A DNA stretch of 64,000 nt. It comes from a virus. The position numbers and the translations under genes were made by a program. How positions within the stretch are numbered: position 1 is the stretch's first letter; each line of letters opens with the position of its first letter. The stretch is from IMG/VR virus record IMGVR_UViG_3300025133_000022, positions 1 to 64,000 of that record; one strand, 5' to 3'. Below, in pieces: positions 46,862 through 55,440 of the stretch. The notes below the pieces were generated by a model. It was not told where the DNA came from, ran no database searches, and saw nothing but the letters and a program-made list of their open reading frames with translations.

Positions 46862-47767
46862 ATGAACCTTACTGAAAAAACGGCACCACCACGCACGCTG
46901 AACCCAAACGGCTGGTACATTCAAATGCACAACTATATTGGATGGGACTACAGCAAAAGAAACTTTTGTCCATTCTTTTGGAAAACTGCACTTGGATGCG
47001 CTCTCATCGGCTTCATCTTCGTCTGGCGTCTTAGCATTGCCATGCTTAAGATCGCAGCTCATGGCATCGGCTGGTGCTTAGGCGGCGTCCACAAGGCCGT
47101 TTGTTGGCTAATTCCACACAAACTTCTAAATTTCCTAGCACGCACTCTGACCAACACCATTAGCAAGCTGATAGATATTTATGAAATACAAGAGCTAAAA
47201 AGACTTGAACGTCTTTACGGCCATTACGATCAATTTGCTATGCTCATTGCATATCGTTTAGAAAACGCCAAAGATATCTCGCCCAATACACGATCAGCAT
47301 ATTACAAAACAATTACTGATCGTATCAAAATCACCAATGACGAAAACCAGACACACTGGACGCGATACCAGACAATTCCTGGAGGAAAATTACGAGTCAA
47401 ACCTGCATTAAAAATGACTGATGTCTGTTTATACAAAAATGACTACAAGCCCATTTCAGATGCAATAGCTACTCATAATGCCAAACATCAAGCAATTTTT
47501 GGTAGCATCTTGCTGTTCTCTATAGCCTGCGTGCTCTTGACTGTAATTTATGCTGTCATCGGGACTGGTGGAATGCTATCTGGCCTACTCTTTGTCAGTA
47601 AGTGGTTGCTAATAGTTGGTGGCGTTATCGCCACCATCGTTGCTACTGTTGCTGGAGCTCCTCTTGTATGGGGCTACTGGAAAGATGTAGTCATGCAAAA
47701 ATACTGCCCATCAATCATATGGGAAGAAGAAACTCAAGATAACAATTTACCAACAAAAGAGAAATAA
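46862..47767 (+). CDS. Membrane protein
   Basis: 301 aa with N- and C-terminal TM pairs. Confidence 0.7.
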   Translation: MNLTEKTAPPRTLNPNGWYIQMHNYIGWDYSKRNFCPFFWKTALGCALIGFIFVWRLSIAMLKIAAHGIGWCLGGVHKAVCWLIPHKLLNFLARTLTNTISKLIDIYEIQELKRLERLYGHYDQFAMLIAYRLENAKDISPNTRSAYYKTITDRIKITNDENQTHWTRYQTIPGGKLRVKPALKMTDVCLYKNDYKPISDAIATHNAKHQAIFGSILLFSIACVLLTVIYAVIGTGGMLSGLLFVSKWLLIVGGVIATIVATVAGAPLVWGYWKDVVMQKYCPSIIWEEETQDNNLPTKEK

Positions 47768-47770
47768 ATA

Positions 47771-47956
47771 ATGAGCAACTCAAAAAATAAAGTCATTGTC
47801 AGTTCAGGCATTAGCACCGGAACCCTTGTAGCTGCAATAGCTAGCTACTTGCTTGGAAACAGCTTTGGCTGGATCATCTGGCACGGAATTATGGGATGGG
47901 CTTATGTCCTGTACCTGATAGCCGGGTGCGGTGGCGGCCTACCTGCACTTCCTTAA
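47771..47956 (+). CDS. Small membrane protein
   Basis: Hydrophobic 61 aa. Confidence 0.6.
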   Translation: MSNSKNKVIVSSGISTGTLVAAIASYLLGNSFGWIIWHGIMGWAYVLYLIAGCGGGLPALP

Positions 47957-47957
47957 A

Positions 47958-48350
47958 TCAAGGACATGCCAACAACAATCGCGCTTCGTTCAGAGTAAGG
48001 GGTTCGCGCCCCTGCTCCTCGTCGCACGATGCTACAAGTAGCGCTTCACCTGTAAGTCCATTCCAATCCACAAGAGCATCCCAGCAAACTCCATCATCTG
48101 AAGTAATTTCAATAATTACTCCATCAGTTTGAATTAATAGATTTTCATCTAAACAATATTCAGACAACACAACCCCATCTTCAAAAAGCATTTCTACCAT
48201 TCCGTCATCTCTAAAACGTCCACAAACACCTTCGTATGATTGAATAACAGCTGGAGCTTCTTCAACCTCCAGCCAGAGATTTATAAAATCATATTTGCCT
48301 GTAGAGTTCTCAGGGGTTACAATACATGCTACTAGTAGCCAAATCAACAT
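47958..48350 (-). CDS. Acidic predicted lipoprotein on the opposite strand
   Basis: AGGAG RBS; MLIWLLVA-C lipobox. Confidence 0.6.
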   Translation of the reverse strand: MLIWLLVACIVTPENSTGKYDFINLWLEVEEAPAVIQSYEGVCGRFRDDGMVEMLFEDGVVLSEYCLDENLLIQTDGVIIEITSDDGVCWDALVDWNGLTGEALLVASCDEEQGREPLTLNEARLLLACP

Positions 48351-48379
48351 TAGTTTCTCCTGTATCTTTGAAAACATAT

Positions 48380-48456
48380 GGCTGGATAGCTCAGTCTGGT
48401 AGAGCACGGGATTGAAAATCTCGGTGTCAGCGGTTCAAATCCGCTTCCGGTCGCCA
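48380..48456 (+). tRNA. tRNA-Phe(GAA)
   Basis: GGCTGGA/TCCGGTC-GCCA; loop TTGAAAA. Confidence 0.9.
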
Positions 48457-48780
48457 TAGAATGTTAGTAGGTAGGATTAATAGTATCCAGGGTTTTGTAC
48501 CCGTTTGCAACTCAAAGAGCTGCGGCTGGTGAAACACCCAGCTAGACTGTAGCATCTAAAGCTCTTGCAGACCCTTTCAAGAGTGGAACAAAGGTATTGA
48601 ACACGGAAATGTGGGAAAGGACCATTGTGTCCAGAACCATAATTCTTGCGCAAAAGAAGAAGTCTCACACTGGTTAAAAGACCAGCTAAACAAACTCCGC
48701 CGAGCTACAAGAGACAACTTTGCAGGCCGTGTAGATATACTGGGCCTTTGGTGTAACAACACGCTAATATTCTTCCTCCC

Positions 48781-48855
48781 GGCCGGTTAGCTCAGTGGGA
48801 GAGCGTCCCCTTTACACGGGGAGGGTCACAGGTTCGATCCCTGTACCGGCCACCA
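48781..48855 (+). tRNA. tRNA-Val(TAC)
   Basis: GGCCGGT/ACCGGCC-ACCA; loop TTTACAC. Confidence 0.92.
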
Positions 48856-48866
48856 CAAGGAACATC

Positions 48867-49100
48867 ATGAAACGAAAACACTTGCTAACTCGAAAAGGGA
48901 TTTACTGCGGGGAAAAGGAAACTCCAGGCAACTGGACTACAAACACCTCCCTCGATCTCAATCAGCCAATTGTCGTTACCTGTTCTGAGTGCAGACTTCA
49001 CCTTCGGCAACGGCACAAAGACAAGGAAAACATGAAGAAAACCTTCACCTCCACCCTCATTGCCGTATTGTCATTCCTTTCAGGAACGTACATTAGTTAA
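48867..49100 (+). CDS. Hypothetical protein
   Basis: AAGGA RBS; C..C motif. Confidence 0.55.
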   Translation: MKRKHLLTRKGIYCGEKETPGNWTTNTSLDLNQPIVVTCSECRLHLRQRHKDKENMKKTFTSTLIAVLSFLSGTYIS

Positions 49101-49221
49101 ACGAGAGTGGCGAAATTGGCAAACGCGACGATCGAGGAAAACCTAATGGTTTAGAGAACAACTTTCCAAACTCGCCTGAAGACTAACCATCCGATTATAG
49201 GTTCGAGTCCTGCCTCTCACA
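49101..49221 (+). ncRNA. tRNA-like RNA with about 70-nt insert replacing the anticodon arm
   Basis: GAGAG/CTCTC acceptor core, Leu-type D arm TGGCGAAATTGGCAAACGC, T arm AGG-TTCGAGT-CCT; insert forms ATCG/CGAT and ATGGT(T)TAG/CTAACCAT helices. Confidence 0.65.
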
Positions 49222-49237
49222 TACACAAAGGAAAACA

Positions 49238-49684
49238 ATGACTAAATTGCATTATTTCAACTTTAGTTGGGGGCATGTTGAAAGCAGTAGGATTGCTATG
49301 CTGCCAAGCTGGTACCACGCTGTGGGTTTCGACACCGTAGAGGCAGCTGCCGAAAGTTTTGCTCGCTGCTTGATGACACAGGTACCGCCAACTAAAATGT
49401 GCCCAATTCATGGCAAGCACAATAGCCACTTCTGCCCCGACTGTGGCACAGCGACCACTGTCGGACAATTAAGTGAAGATTGGCAATTCGCTTACGAATT
49501 CTTCAACAACCTATACGTCACAACAGCCAACGACTCACCCAGCAGTGACACTAACGACTGGGACAGAAACTGGTACGCTGAATGGGAAGTCATTGAAACT
49601 GCAGGCATGAAGCCAATTGTAGTAGAATGTTTCGACCGATACCTGGAGACAGGCGACCCAGAAGAACTAATTTGCGATGAATAG
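49238..49684 (+). CDS. Hypothetical Zn-ribbon protein
   Basis: CPIH..FCPDCG. Confidence 0.7.
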   Translation: MTKLHYFNFSWGHVESSRIAMLPSWYHAVGFDTVEAAAESFARCLMTQVPPTKMCPIHGKHNSHFCPDCGTATTVGQLSEDWQFAYEFFNNLYVTTANDSPSSDTNDWDRNWYAEWEVIETAGMKPIVVECFDRYLETGDPEELICDE

Positions 49685-49688
49685 AAAT

Positions 49689-49765
49689 GGGGTGTTGGTC
49701 TAGTCTGGTTAAGACGCCGGCCTGTCTCGCTGGTAACACGGGTTCAAATCCCGTACACCCCGCCA
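49689..49765 (+). tRNA. tRNA-Asp(GTC)
   Basis: GGGGTGT/ACACCCC-GCCA; loop CTGTCTC. Confidence 0.9.
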
Positions 49766-49826
49766 CCCAAGGAGTCAAAAAAAATGGAAGAGCACTTTCG
49801 CTGAGCTACTTATAAAGGAGCCAGCA

Positions 49827-50045
49827 ATGCACACTAACCATAGACATACGCGGTTAAAGCGCAAAAAGCGCAACAAATATAAATACGATATGCGCAGCCT
49901 AAAACCACCCAAAGATTGGGCATATTTTAGAGCCGCAGAGCAAGAGTGCTTCAACCGAATCCTTCAGGAAGAAGATCCAGATGATATAATCTGGCCTACT
50001 AAGTTAAAGCATATTCCAATCTACAATCCACGTTCATATGATTAA
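49827..50045 (+). CDS. Basic hypothetical protein
   Basis: AAGGAG RBS. Confidence 0.6.
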   Translation: MHTNHRHTRLKRKKRNKYKYDMRSLKPPKDWAYFRAAEQECFNRILQEEDPDDIIWPTKLKHIPIYNPRSYD

Positions 50046-50295
50046 TCTAGGCCGCTATAAGCGGCCTTTGCTTTACGAGAAACCAATGCAATGGAAAACC
50101 AAAAGAAAACTTAAATTAGGTGACACTAGACGACGCCATGTTTTTGCATGGCTTCCTACAGAACTTAATGACGGTACAAGCGTATGGCTAGAAAACTATA
50201 TGCTTGTAGAAGTCTGGTTTCTACACGAAACAGCACATGAAGCATTAGACTATGAGTTCTGGTCTGTAGCAAACAGACTACCAATAGACAACTAA
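50038..50295 (+). CDS. Hypothetical protein
   Basis: FAWLP...WLE.Y motif. Confidence 0.6.
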   Translation: MINLGRYKRPLLYEKPMQWKTKRKLKLGDTRRRHVFAWLPTELNDGTSVWLENYMLVEVWFLHETAHEALDYEFWSVANRLPIDN

Positions 50296-50297
50296 CT

Positions 50298-51314
50298 ATG
50301 TTCGAGAAAACCTCAATGAATTCTAAACCAGCGTTACACTACTGGGAGCACGTCAAGATAGCTATAAGTCTTGACACAAACGTATTTAAACTCATTTTTA
50401 CTAAAAAAGATGCAGTTGCAGAAGCAGTGCTTTACCGCTATGGTTCTTTTGCCAAACGAACGGTAATCTGCACCAGTACCCAAAGCGGCTGTCCTATGGG
50501 TTGCCGATTCTGCGGAGCCGGTGAATACTTCAACCGAAGCCTGACGGCCGAAGAAATCTTCGAACAAACCACAGTTGCCATGCAGCTTGTAAAACTGTTA
50601 GAAAATATCAACAGTACTAACATCGACAGCATGCAAATCATGTTCATGTCCATGGGCGAACCTACACTCAACCAGAAAAACCTAGCCACTGCAATCAGGA
50701 AGCTACACTCTTGGTACCCTGAATCAGCACTGCTTATCAGCACCAGTGCACCCCGTGTTAGCTACGATGAAATTTTCAAAGTCTCAGCCGAGATTAATAA
50801 AGTTGGACTGCAATTCAGTGTACATGAAAGCACTGACGAAGCTCGCAACAAACTCATCCCTATCAAAGGCAAGCTGACTCTTCGAGAGATCAGCCACCTT
50901 GGCAACGCCTGGGCAATGACCACTGGCAGAACTCCGTTTTTCAACTACTGTGTTCATCCAACAAACAACAGTATCGAGGACGCTGAGCGACTCTGGAACC
51001 TCTTCAGTCCCATGGTCTGGCAGGCAACCATCTCTGTCATTTGCGAACGCACAGAAAGCGTCGCAGCAGCCAACATCCGGCAGCGCAAACTCGCAACGAA
51101 CTTCGAGAAACACTTAATGGAACGAGGCTTTAGTACTCGTACTTTCGACCCTGCAGGACAAGATGACATTGGTGGAGGTTGTGGACAGCTTTGGTTTGTC
51201 CAAAAATGGCTACGAGAACATCCAGAACATGCCAAAAAGACTTGTGGAACTGGCCTACCTCAAGTGCACACTCCCACAGTGAACCCAATTAACGAAAAAA
51301 CCACATTAGAATAA
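50298..51314 (+). CDS. RlmN/Cfr-like radical SAM RNA methyltransferase
   Basis: STQSGCPMGCRFC, MSMGEP, ISTS, SVH, DIGGGCGQL. Confidence 0.85.
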   Translation: MFEKTSMNSKPALHYWEHVKIAISLDTNVFKLIFTKKDAVAEAVLYRYGSFAKRTVICTSTQSGCPMGCRFCGAGEYFNRSLTAEEIFEQTTVAMQLVKLLENINSTNIDSMQIMFMSMGEPTLNQKNLATAIRKLHSWYPESALLISTSAPRVSYDEIFKVSAEINKVGLQFSVHESTDEARNKLIPIKGKLTLREISHLGNAWAMTTGRTPFFNYCVHPTNNSIEDAERLWNLFSPMVWQATISVICERTESVAAANIRQRKLATNFEKHLMERGFSTRTFDPAGQDDIGGGCGQLWFVQKWLREHPEHAKKTCGTGLPQVHTPTVNPINEKTTLE

Positions 51315-51329
51315 AACCCATGATTCAGA

Positions 51330-51358
51330 GCCCGGCATAGCCGGGCTTTTTAATTGAA
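51330..51358 (+). promoter_or_regulatory. Class I hairpin element
   Basis: GCCCGGC-ATA-GCCGGGC TTTTTAAT TGAA. Confidence 0.55.
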
Positions 51359-51391
51359 ACTTTATTAAAGCTTCTAAAAACGAGGTACTTT

Positions 51392-52096
51392 ATGTCAAAC
51401 CCAACTCAATGGGACGTAGGAGGCTACGTCCGCGATGAACTCCTAGGTATTCCTAGCAAAGATCGCGACATTATGGTTGACCTGCCAAGCTACGAAAAAC
51501 TAGAAGCATGGGCAGAACAACATCTAACAAAAATCTATGAACGACGTCCTGAAATGCTTATCTTGCGAGGACACGGCCCCCTGGGGCCAGTCGATTACAA
51601 CCTCCCGCGCAACGAATCAGCCTACAGTGACAGCAGAACTCCAAACTCAGTAACGGTAGGCACTTTCGAGCAAGATATGGCTCGCAGAGATTTTACTTGT
51701 AATGCTATTGCCAAAAACATTGCAACCGGTGAAATCATAGACCTCCATGGAGGAATGTTAGACATCAATATGCGACGACTACGAATGGTAGGAAGCGCTT
51801 ACGCACGCCTTGATGAAGACCACCTACGAATTGTTCGTGCAATTCGATTCTGCATCACCAAAGGTTTCACACCATATGGAGAATTAGAGAAAATTCTACT
51901 ACATGGTGAATATGCAGATAAACTAGAATCCCTACCTGTTGAACGCATTGCAAATGAAATGTGTAAAGCATTTCATTTCAATACTGCATCAACACTGCAC
52001 TTTCTTGCGTCAATTCATCCAAAATATACAGAAGCCATCTTCTCAAAAAGACTCTGGCTACTACCAACCTTAAAAAATCGCAAATCTGCGGGATAA
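51392..52096 (+). CDS. tRNA nucleotidyltransferase (CCA-adding / polyA polymerase family), compact
   Basis: VGGYVRD..LG..DRD, DMARRDFTCNAIA, EDHLRIVRAIRF, ERI..E..K. Confidence 0.9.
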   Translation: MSNPTQWDVGGYVRDELLGIPSKDRDIMVDLPSYEKLEAWAEQHLTKIYERRPEMLILRGHGPLGPVDYNLPRNESAYSDSRTPNSVTVGTFEQDMARRDFTCNAIAKNIATGEIIDLHGGMLDINMRRLRMVGSAYARLDEDHLRIVRAIRFCITKGFTPYGELEKILLHGEYADKLESLPVERIANEMCKAFHFNTASTLHFLASIHPKYTEAIFSKRLWLLPTLKNRKSAG

Positions 52097-52100
52097 CCAT

Positions 52101-52691
52101 ATGGTATTTGACATAAAGAAACGCCTCAGAGCATTTCTACGAGATCCACCCGACACCACTCGTGAAGAACTTCCAGAATCAGAAACAGAATGGTATTCCG
52201 TCCTATCAGAAGAACAAAAAGAAGAAGAAAGAGAAACATGGACATTAAAAGAAATGTCCGTTCAGCTCATTGAAGAAGCTCGAGCAACTGTTTCTCTAAT
52301 GAGTAAATGGGTGCCTGACGAAAAAACACTTTCTGAAGTCGCAAAACTTCTTCCAGAAGACAAAAAAGAATTAATCAACTCTCCCGAATTGTCTGAATTA
52401 ATTACAGAAATTCAAGACAAATACGTTTCTCAACCATTCTTAACCAAATACTTTGAACGCTTGCACAGCTTTCAAGAAGATGTTGCTAATCTTGAAAAAG
52501 ATGACCACATTATGCACTACTTAGAAGTAAGCACAATGGCTAGTCAACTAGCTCAAATCATGGTGATTTCAACTCAAGCCCTAATTGCTAAAGCGTATGC
52601 TTTTAGACTTAAGGAACTTGAAAAAACTAAAGAACCAGCCGCAGAGCAACCCAATTGGACAACTTGGGGTGGAGTTACCGGTGAAGGATAA
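52101..52691 (+). CDS. Acidic helical hypothetical protein
   Basis: 196 aa. Confidence 0.7.
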   Translation: MVFDIKKRLRAFLRDPPDTTREELPESETEWYSVLSEEQKEEERETWTLKEMSVQLIEEARATVSLMSKWVPDEKTLSEVAKLLPEDKKELINSPELSELITEIQDKYVSQPFLTKYFERLHSFQEDVANLEKDDHIMHYLEVSTMASQLAQIMVISTQALIAKAYAFRLKELEKTKEPAAEQPNWTTWGGVTGEG

Positions 52692-52938
52692 ATTCTTACT
52701 CTGGCTAGAGCAATACATCCTAAATTCAGATTGGCTGTACTTCACTTCCGCATTCTACTGGGCGAGAAACAGAGAGCGAATTCGCCAAAAACAAGAATAT
52801 GAAGTACGCAAAGCTAAAGACAAAACCAAACTAGACAGCTCTGTCAAAACAATTCTCGATCACTACAACGAAACTGGCAAATCACCAAAAGTCATTATGG
52901 ACTATGGTACCAGACTAGAAGCATTCTACGAGGAATAA
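52681..52938 (+). CDS. Hypothetical protein
   Basis: GTG start with GGAG RBS. Confidence 0.6.
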   Translation: MKDKFLLWLEQYILNSDWLYFTSAFYWARNRERIRQKQEYEVRKAKDKTKLDSSVKTILDHYNETGKSPKVIMDYGTRLEAFYEE

Positions 52939-52941
52939 GCA

Positions 52942-53760
52942 ATGAGCAGAACAATCTTCATCGGAGACGTACATGGATGTTTAAAAGAACTTCAAGAACT
53001 TATTTGTAAGATACACTTACATCAAAACGACCATCTTGTTTTCGTTGGAGATCTGATTCATAAAGGACCCGACAGTACAGGAGTTCTTGAATATGTTCTC
53101 AACTTAACGAAAACATATAAAGTTGATATCATTTGTGGAAATCATGAAGAAAAACATCTTCGCTGGCTAAAAACAGAAGCATCTTGTCTTAAAACAAACA
53201 CTAAGAACACAATGCTACACGTAGAAGAATACCCATCGGTCAACGTCTCAAGCGAAGTCAAAGAACTTCTAGAAAACACCTACATTGCAAAAAAATACAA
53301 TAACACTGTAGCTGTACATGCTGGCATCCCTAGCAATTTGCTAGAACTCAAATGCATAACACATGCCGAGTGGTCTGCAACTAGCGGCAAACAGAAACGC
53401 GCTCTTGCTCAAGTTATGAGAGTTCGATTCCTTGCTGGACCCAACAGAACTAGCACAAATAGCAAAGGCAAAACAAAGAAAGTACAAATGGGCAAAATGA
53501 TTGCCCTTGGTCAAGAAAAACCAGAAGACAACTACTGGGCTAACGTTTATGATGGACGCTTCGGAACAGTAGTTTTTGGACACAACCCATTTATGGAAAA
53601 CAAGCCAAGAATCTTTCCCTATGCCTTTGGGGTTGACCTAGGATGCGTGCACGGAGGCTACCTCTGTGCACTAATCAAGAAAAATAAAACCACTACACAC
53701 GTTGTAGTCAAAGCAAAACAAACCTATCAAAAAAGTCCATCTTGGATTTACAAAAACTAA
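52942..53760 (+). CDS. PPP-family metallophosphoesterase (PrpE/ApaH/Pnkp phosphatase-like)
   Basis: GDVHG, GDLIHKGP, GNHE, HAG, FGH, DLGC.HGG.L. Confidence 0.9.
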   Translation: MSRTIFIGDVHGCLKELQELICKIHLHQNDHLVFVGDLIHKGPDSTGVLEYVLNLTKTYKVDIICGNHEEKHLRWLKTEASCLKTNTKNTMLHVEEYPSVNVSSEVKELLENTYIAKKYNNTVAVHAGIPSNLLELKCITHAEWSATSGKQKRALAQVMRVRFLAGPNRTSTNSKGKTKKVQMGKMIALGQEKPEDNYWANVYDGRFGTVVFGHNPFMENKPRIFPYAFGVDLGCVHGGYLCALIKKNKTTTHVVVKAKQTYQKSPSWIYKN

Positions 53761-53770
53761 AGGAACCAAA

Positions 53771-54127
53771 ATGTTATTTTGTCATGCACTCGTTGCTTAC
53801 ATGTATAAAAATGACCCCACTGAACGCACAACCCGATGTACATTTGCGGTCCGGCAAGACGAAAACCAAACATACTCATATGCAACCGCGTGGGCCTCTC
53901 CGTCAGACAACTTCGCTAAGAGGATTGGCCGACAGATCGCCCACGCTCGCCTAATCAACAACTCCCCCGTTCATGTCAATAAAGTAACTACTGGCGCTGA
54001 AAATTATCGTGACATCCTGAAAACAGTCATGGCCGACGCTATGGACAAAGGGCCATCTCGATGGACTGTCACAGATATCACATTCTTCAAAACTACCAGT
54101 GATGCAATTCTCGCACAGACTCAATAA
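53771..54127 (+). CDS. Hypothetical protein
   Basis: A.ASP.DNF.KRIGR.IA..R motif. Confidence 0.65.
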   Translation: MLFCHALVAYMYKNDPTERTTRCTFAVRQDENQTYSYATAWASPSDNFAKRIGRQIAHARLINNSPVHVNKVTTGAENYRDILKTVMADAMDKGPSRWTVTDITFFKTTSDAILAQTQ

Positions 54128-54188
54128 ATCAAATTCTAGAGACACACAAGCCGCCTTTAAGGCGGCTTCTTATTTGAAGGAGTGACTT

Positions 54189-54638
54189 ATGCCAACAGAA
54201 CACCATCAAGGCGACTTGCTTGCCAGCAACTGCACAGTCATAGCACATGGTTGCAATTGCTTTAACACAATGGGAGGAGGAATAGCACGTGTTATCAAAG
54301 CACGCTATCCCAAAGCCTACCAAGCCGATTGCGAAACCACAAGAGGTGACGCGAACAAGCTTGGCACCTACACTATGTGTTCGTACCCTGATCGCAGAAT
54401 CTTCAACCTGTATACACAATACAGGTTTGGAACAAACAAAATGCATCTTGATTATGAAGCACTTGTTAAGGCTCTCTTGCAATTGCGTTCGGCCTTAGAT
54501 AAACACGACCCCCACCATAATGAAATCGTAGGCTTCCCACGCATTGGTTGCGGATTAGCCGGTGGGAATTGGAAATACGTTGAAGAGCTTATCGAAACAG
54601 TATTCCCTAACAGAACGATACACATCTACACACTTTAG
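54189..54638 (+). CDS. Macrodomain (ADP-ribose binding/hydrolase)
   Basis: GDL, HGCNCFNTMGGGIA, NLYTQ, FPRIGCGLAGG.W. Confidence 0.9.
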   Translation: MPTEHHQGDLLASNCTVIAHGCNCFNTMGGGIARVIKARYPKAYQADCETTRGDANKLGTYTMCSYPDRRIFNLYTQYRFGTNKMHLDYEALVKALLQLRSALDKHDPHHNEIVGFPRIGCGLAGGNWKYVEELIETVFPNRTIHIYTL

Positions 54639-54645
54639 CGGACAC

Positions 54646-54861
54646 ATGGACAACGAAAAACCAAGACGCTCAAAAAAAGCCCAAAACCGCCGACGCGGTG
54701 GATCTAACCCAATCGCAATAGCTCATGGTAAACGCGGTGGGGCAGGAGGAGGTGCGCACCGCAACAAAGCAAAAAGCGCACAACGCAGTGAGCGTCACCA
54801 GAAACACAAAAGGTCTTGGTACGATGAATACCAAGACCTTGAAGATTACTCAGAAGAATAA
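54646..54861 (+). CDS. Small basic hypothetical protein
   Basis: R/K/G-rich, acidic tail. Confidence 0.55.
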   Translation: MDNEKPRRSKKAQNRRRGGSNPIAIAHGKRGGAGGGAHRNKAKSAQRSERHQKHKRSWYDEYQDLEDYSEE

Positions 54862-54864
54862 ATC

Positions 54865-55302
54865 TTATGCAAACGTCACAGCAATATAACCTGGGAAACC
54901 AGGAACATTGAGTGGACGAACCATAAGGTGAAATGTATCAGTTGATGTTTGTAAATCTTCTATATCAATAACTGCAACTCCAGAAGAGTTAGTAGTTACA
55001 ATTAAACGTGGCTGAGCAGTTGTACTAACCTCAACACCAGTGGTTGCTGCTAAGTGAGCGTTAGTCACTAAAGCATCAACACCAGTATCTGTTAAAAGAA
55101 CACATTCAAGAGTAATAGCTTCGTCAGCAGTTACATAATCATTAAGAGCCTCTTGAAAAGTAGTCATAGTGATTGTAACAGCAATCTTTTCAGATGCTTC
55201 TGAAGCAGCAACAAGCTGCGGAATATATCTACGCTGACGCAGAAAACGTTCTTGAACCCATCCATTGGCTGCACTTGCTGCAACAATCGAAGAACTAGGC
55301 AT
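54865..55302 (-). CDS. Beta-rich protein, possible virion decoration protein
   Basis: GGAGG RBS; T/A/V-rich; late-strand orientation. Confidence 0.6.
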   Translation of the reverse strand: MPSSSIVAASAANGWVQERFLRQRRYIPQLVAASEASEKIAVTITMTTFQEALNDYVTADEAITLECVLLTDTGVDALVTNAHLAATTGVEVSTTAQPRLIVTTNSSGVAVIDIEDLQTSTDTFHLMVRPLNVPGFPGYIAVTFA

Positions 55303-55440
55303 ATTGACCTCCTATAGCTTACTAAGCTATCTAGTCTCTCATCAACCAATAGATGGACACCCATATGTGTCGGACTAGCCAACACCAGCATATCTAAACA
55401 ACAACAACACGTCAAGTGCAATCACAAAGGAAATGAAAAC

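Noticed and set aside
15791-54178. Dispersed hairpins as a CRISPR array or REP elements
   Set aside because: Stems are not identical, are not separated by uniform spacers, and no cas or transposase gene is present.
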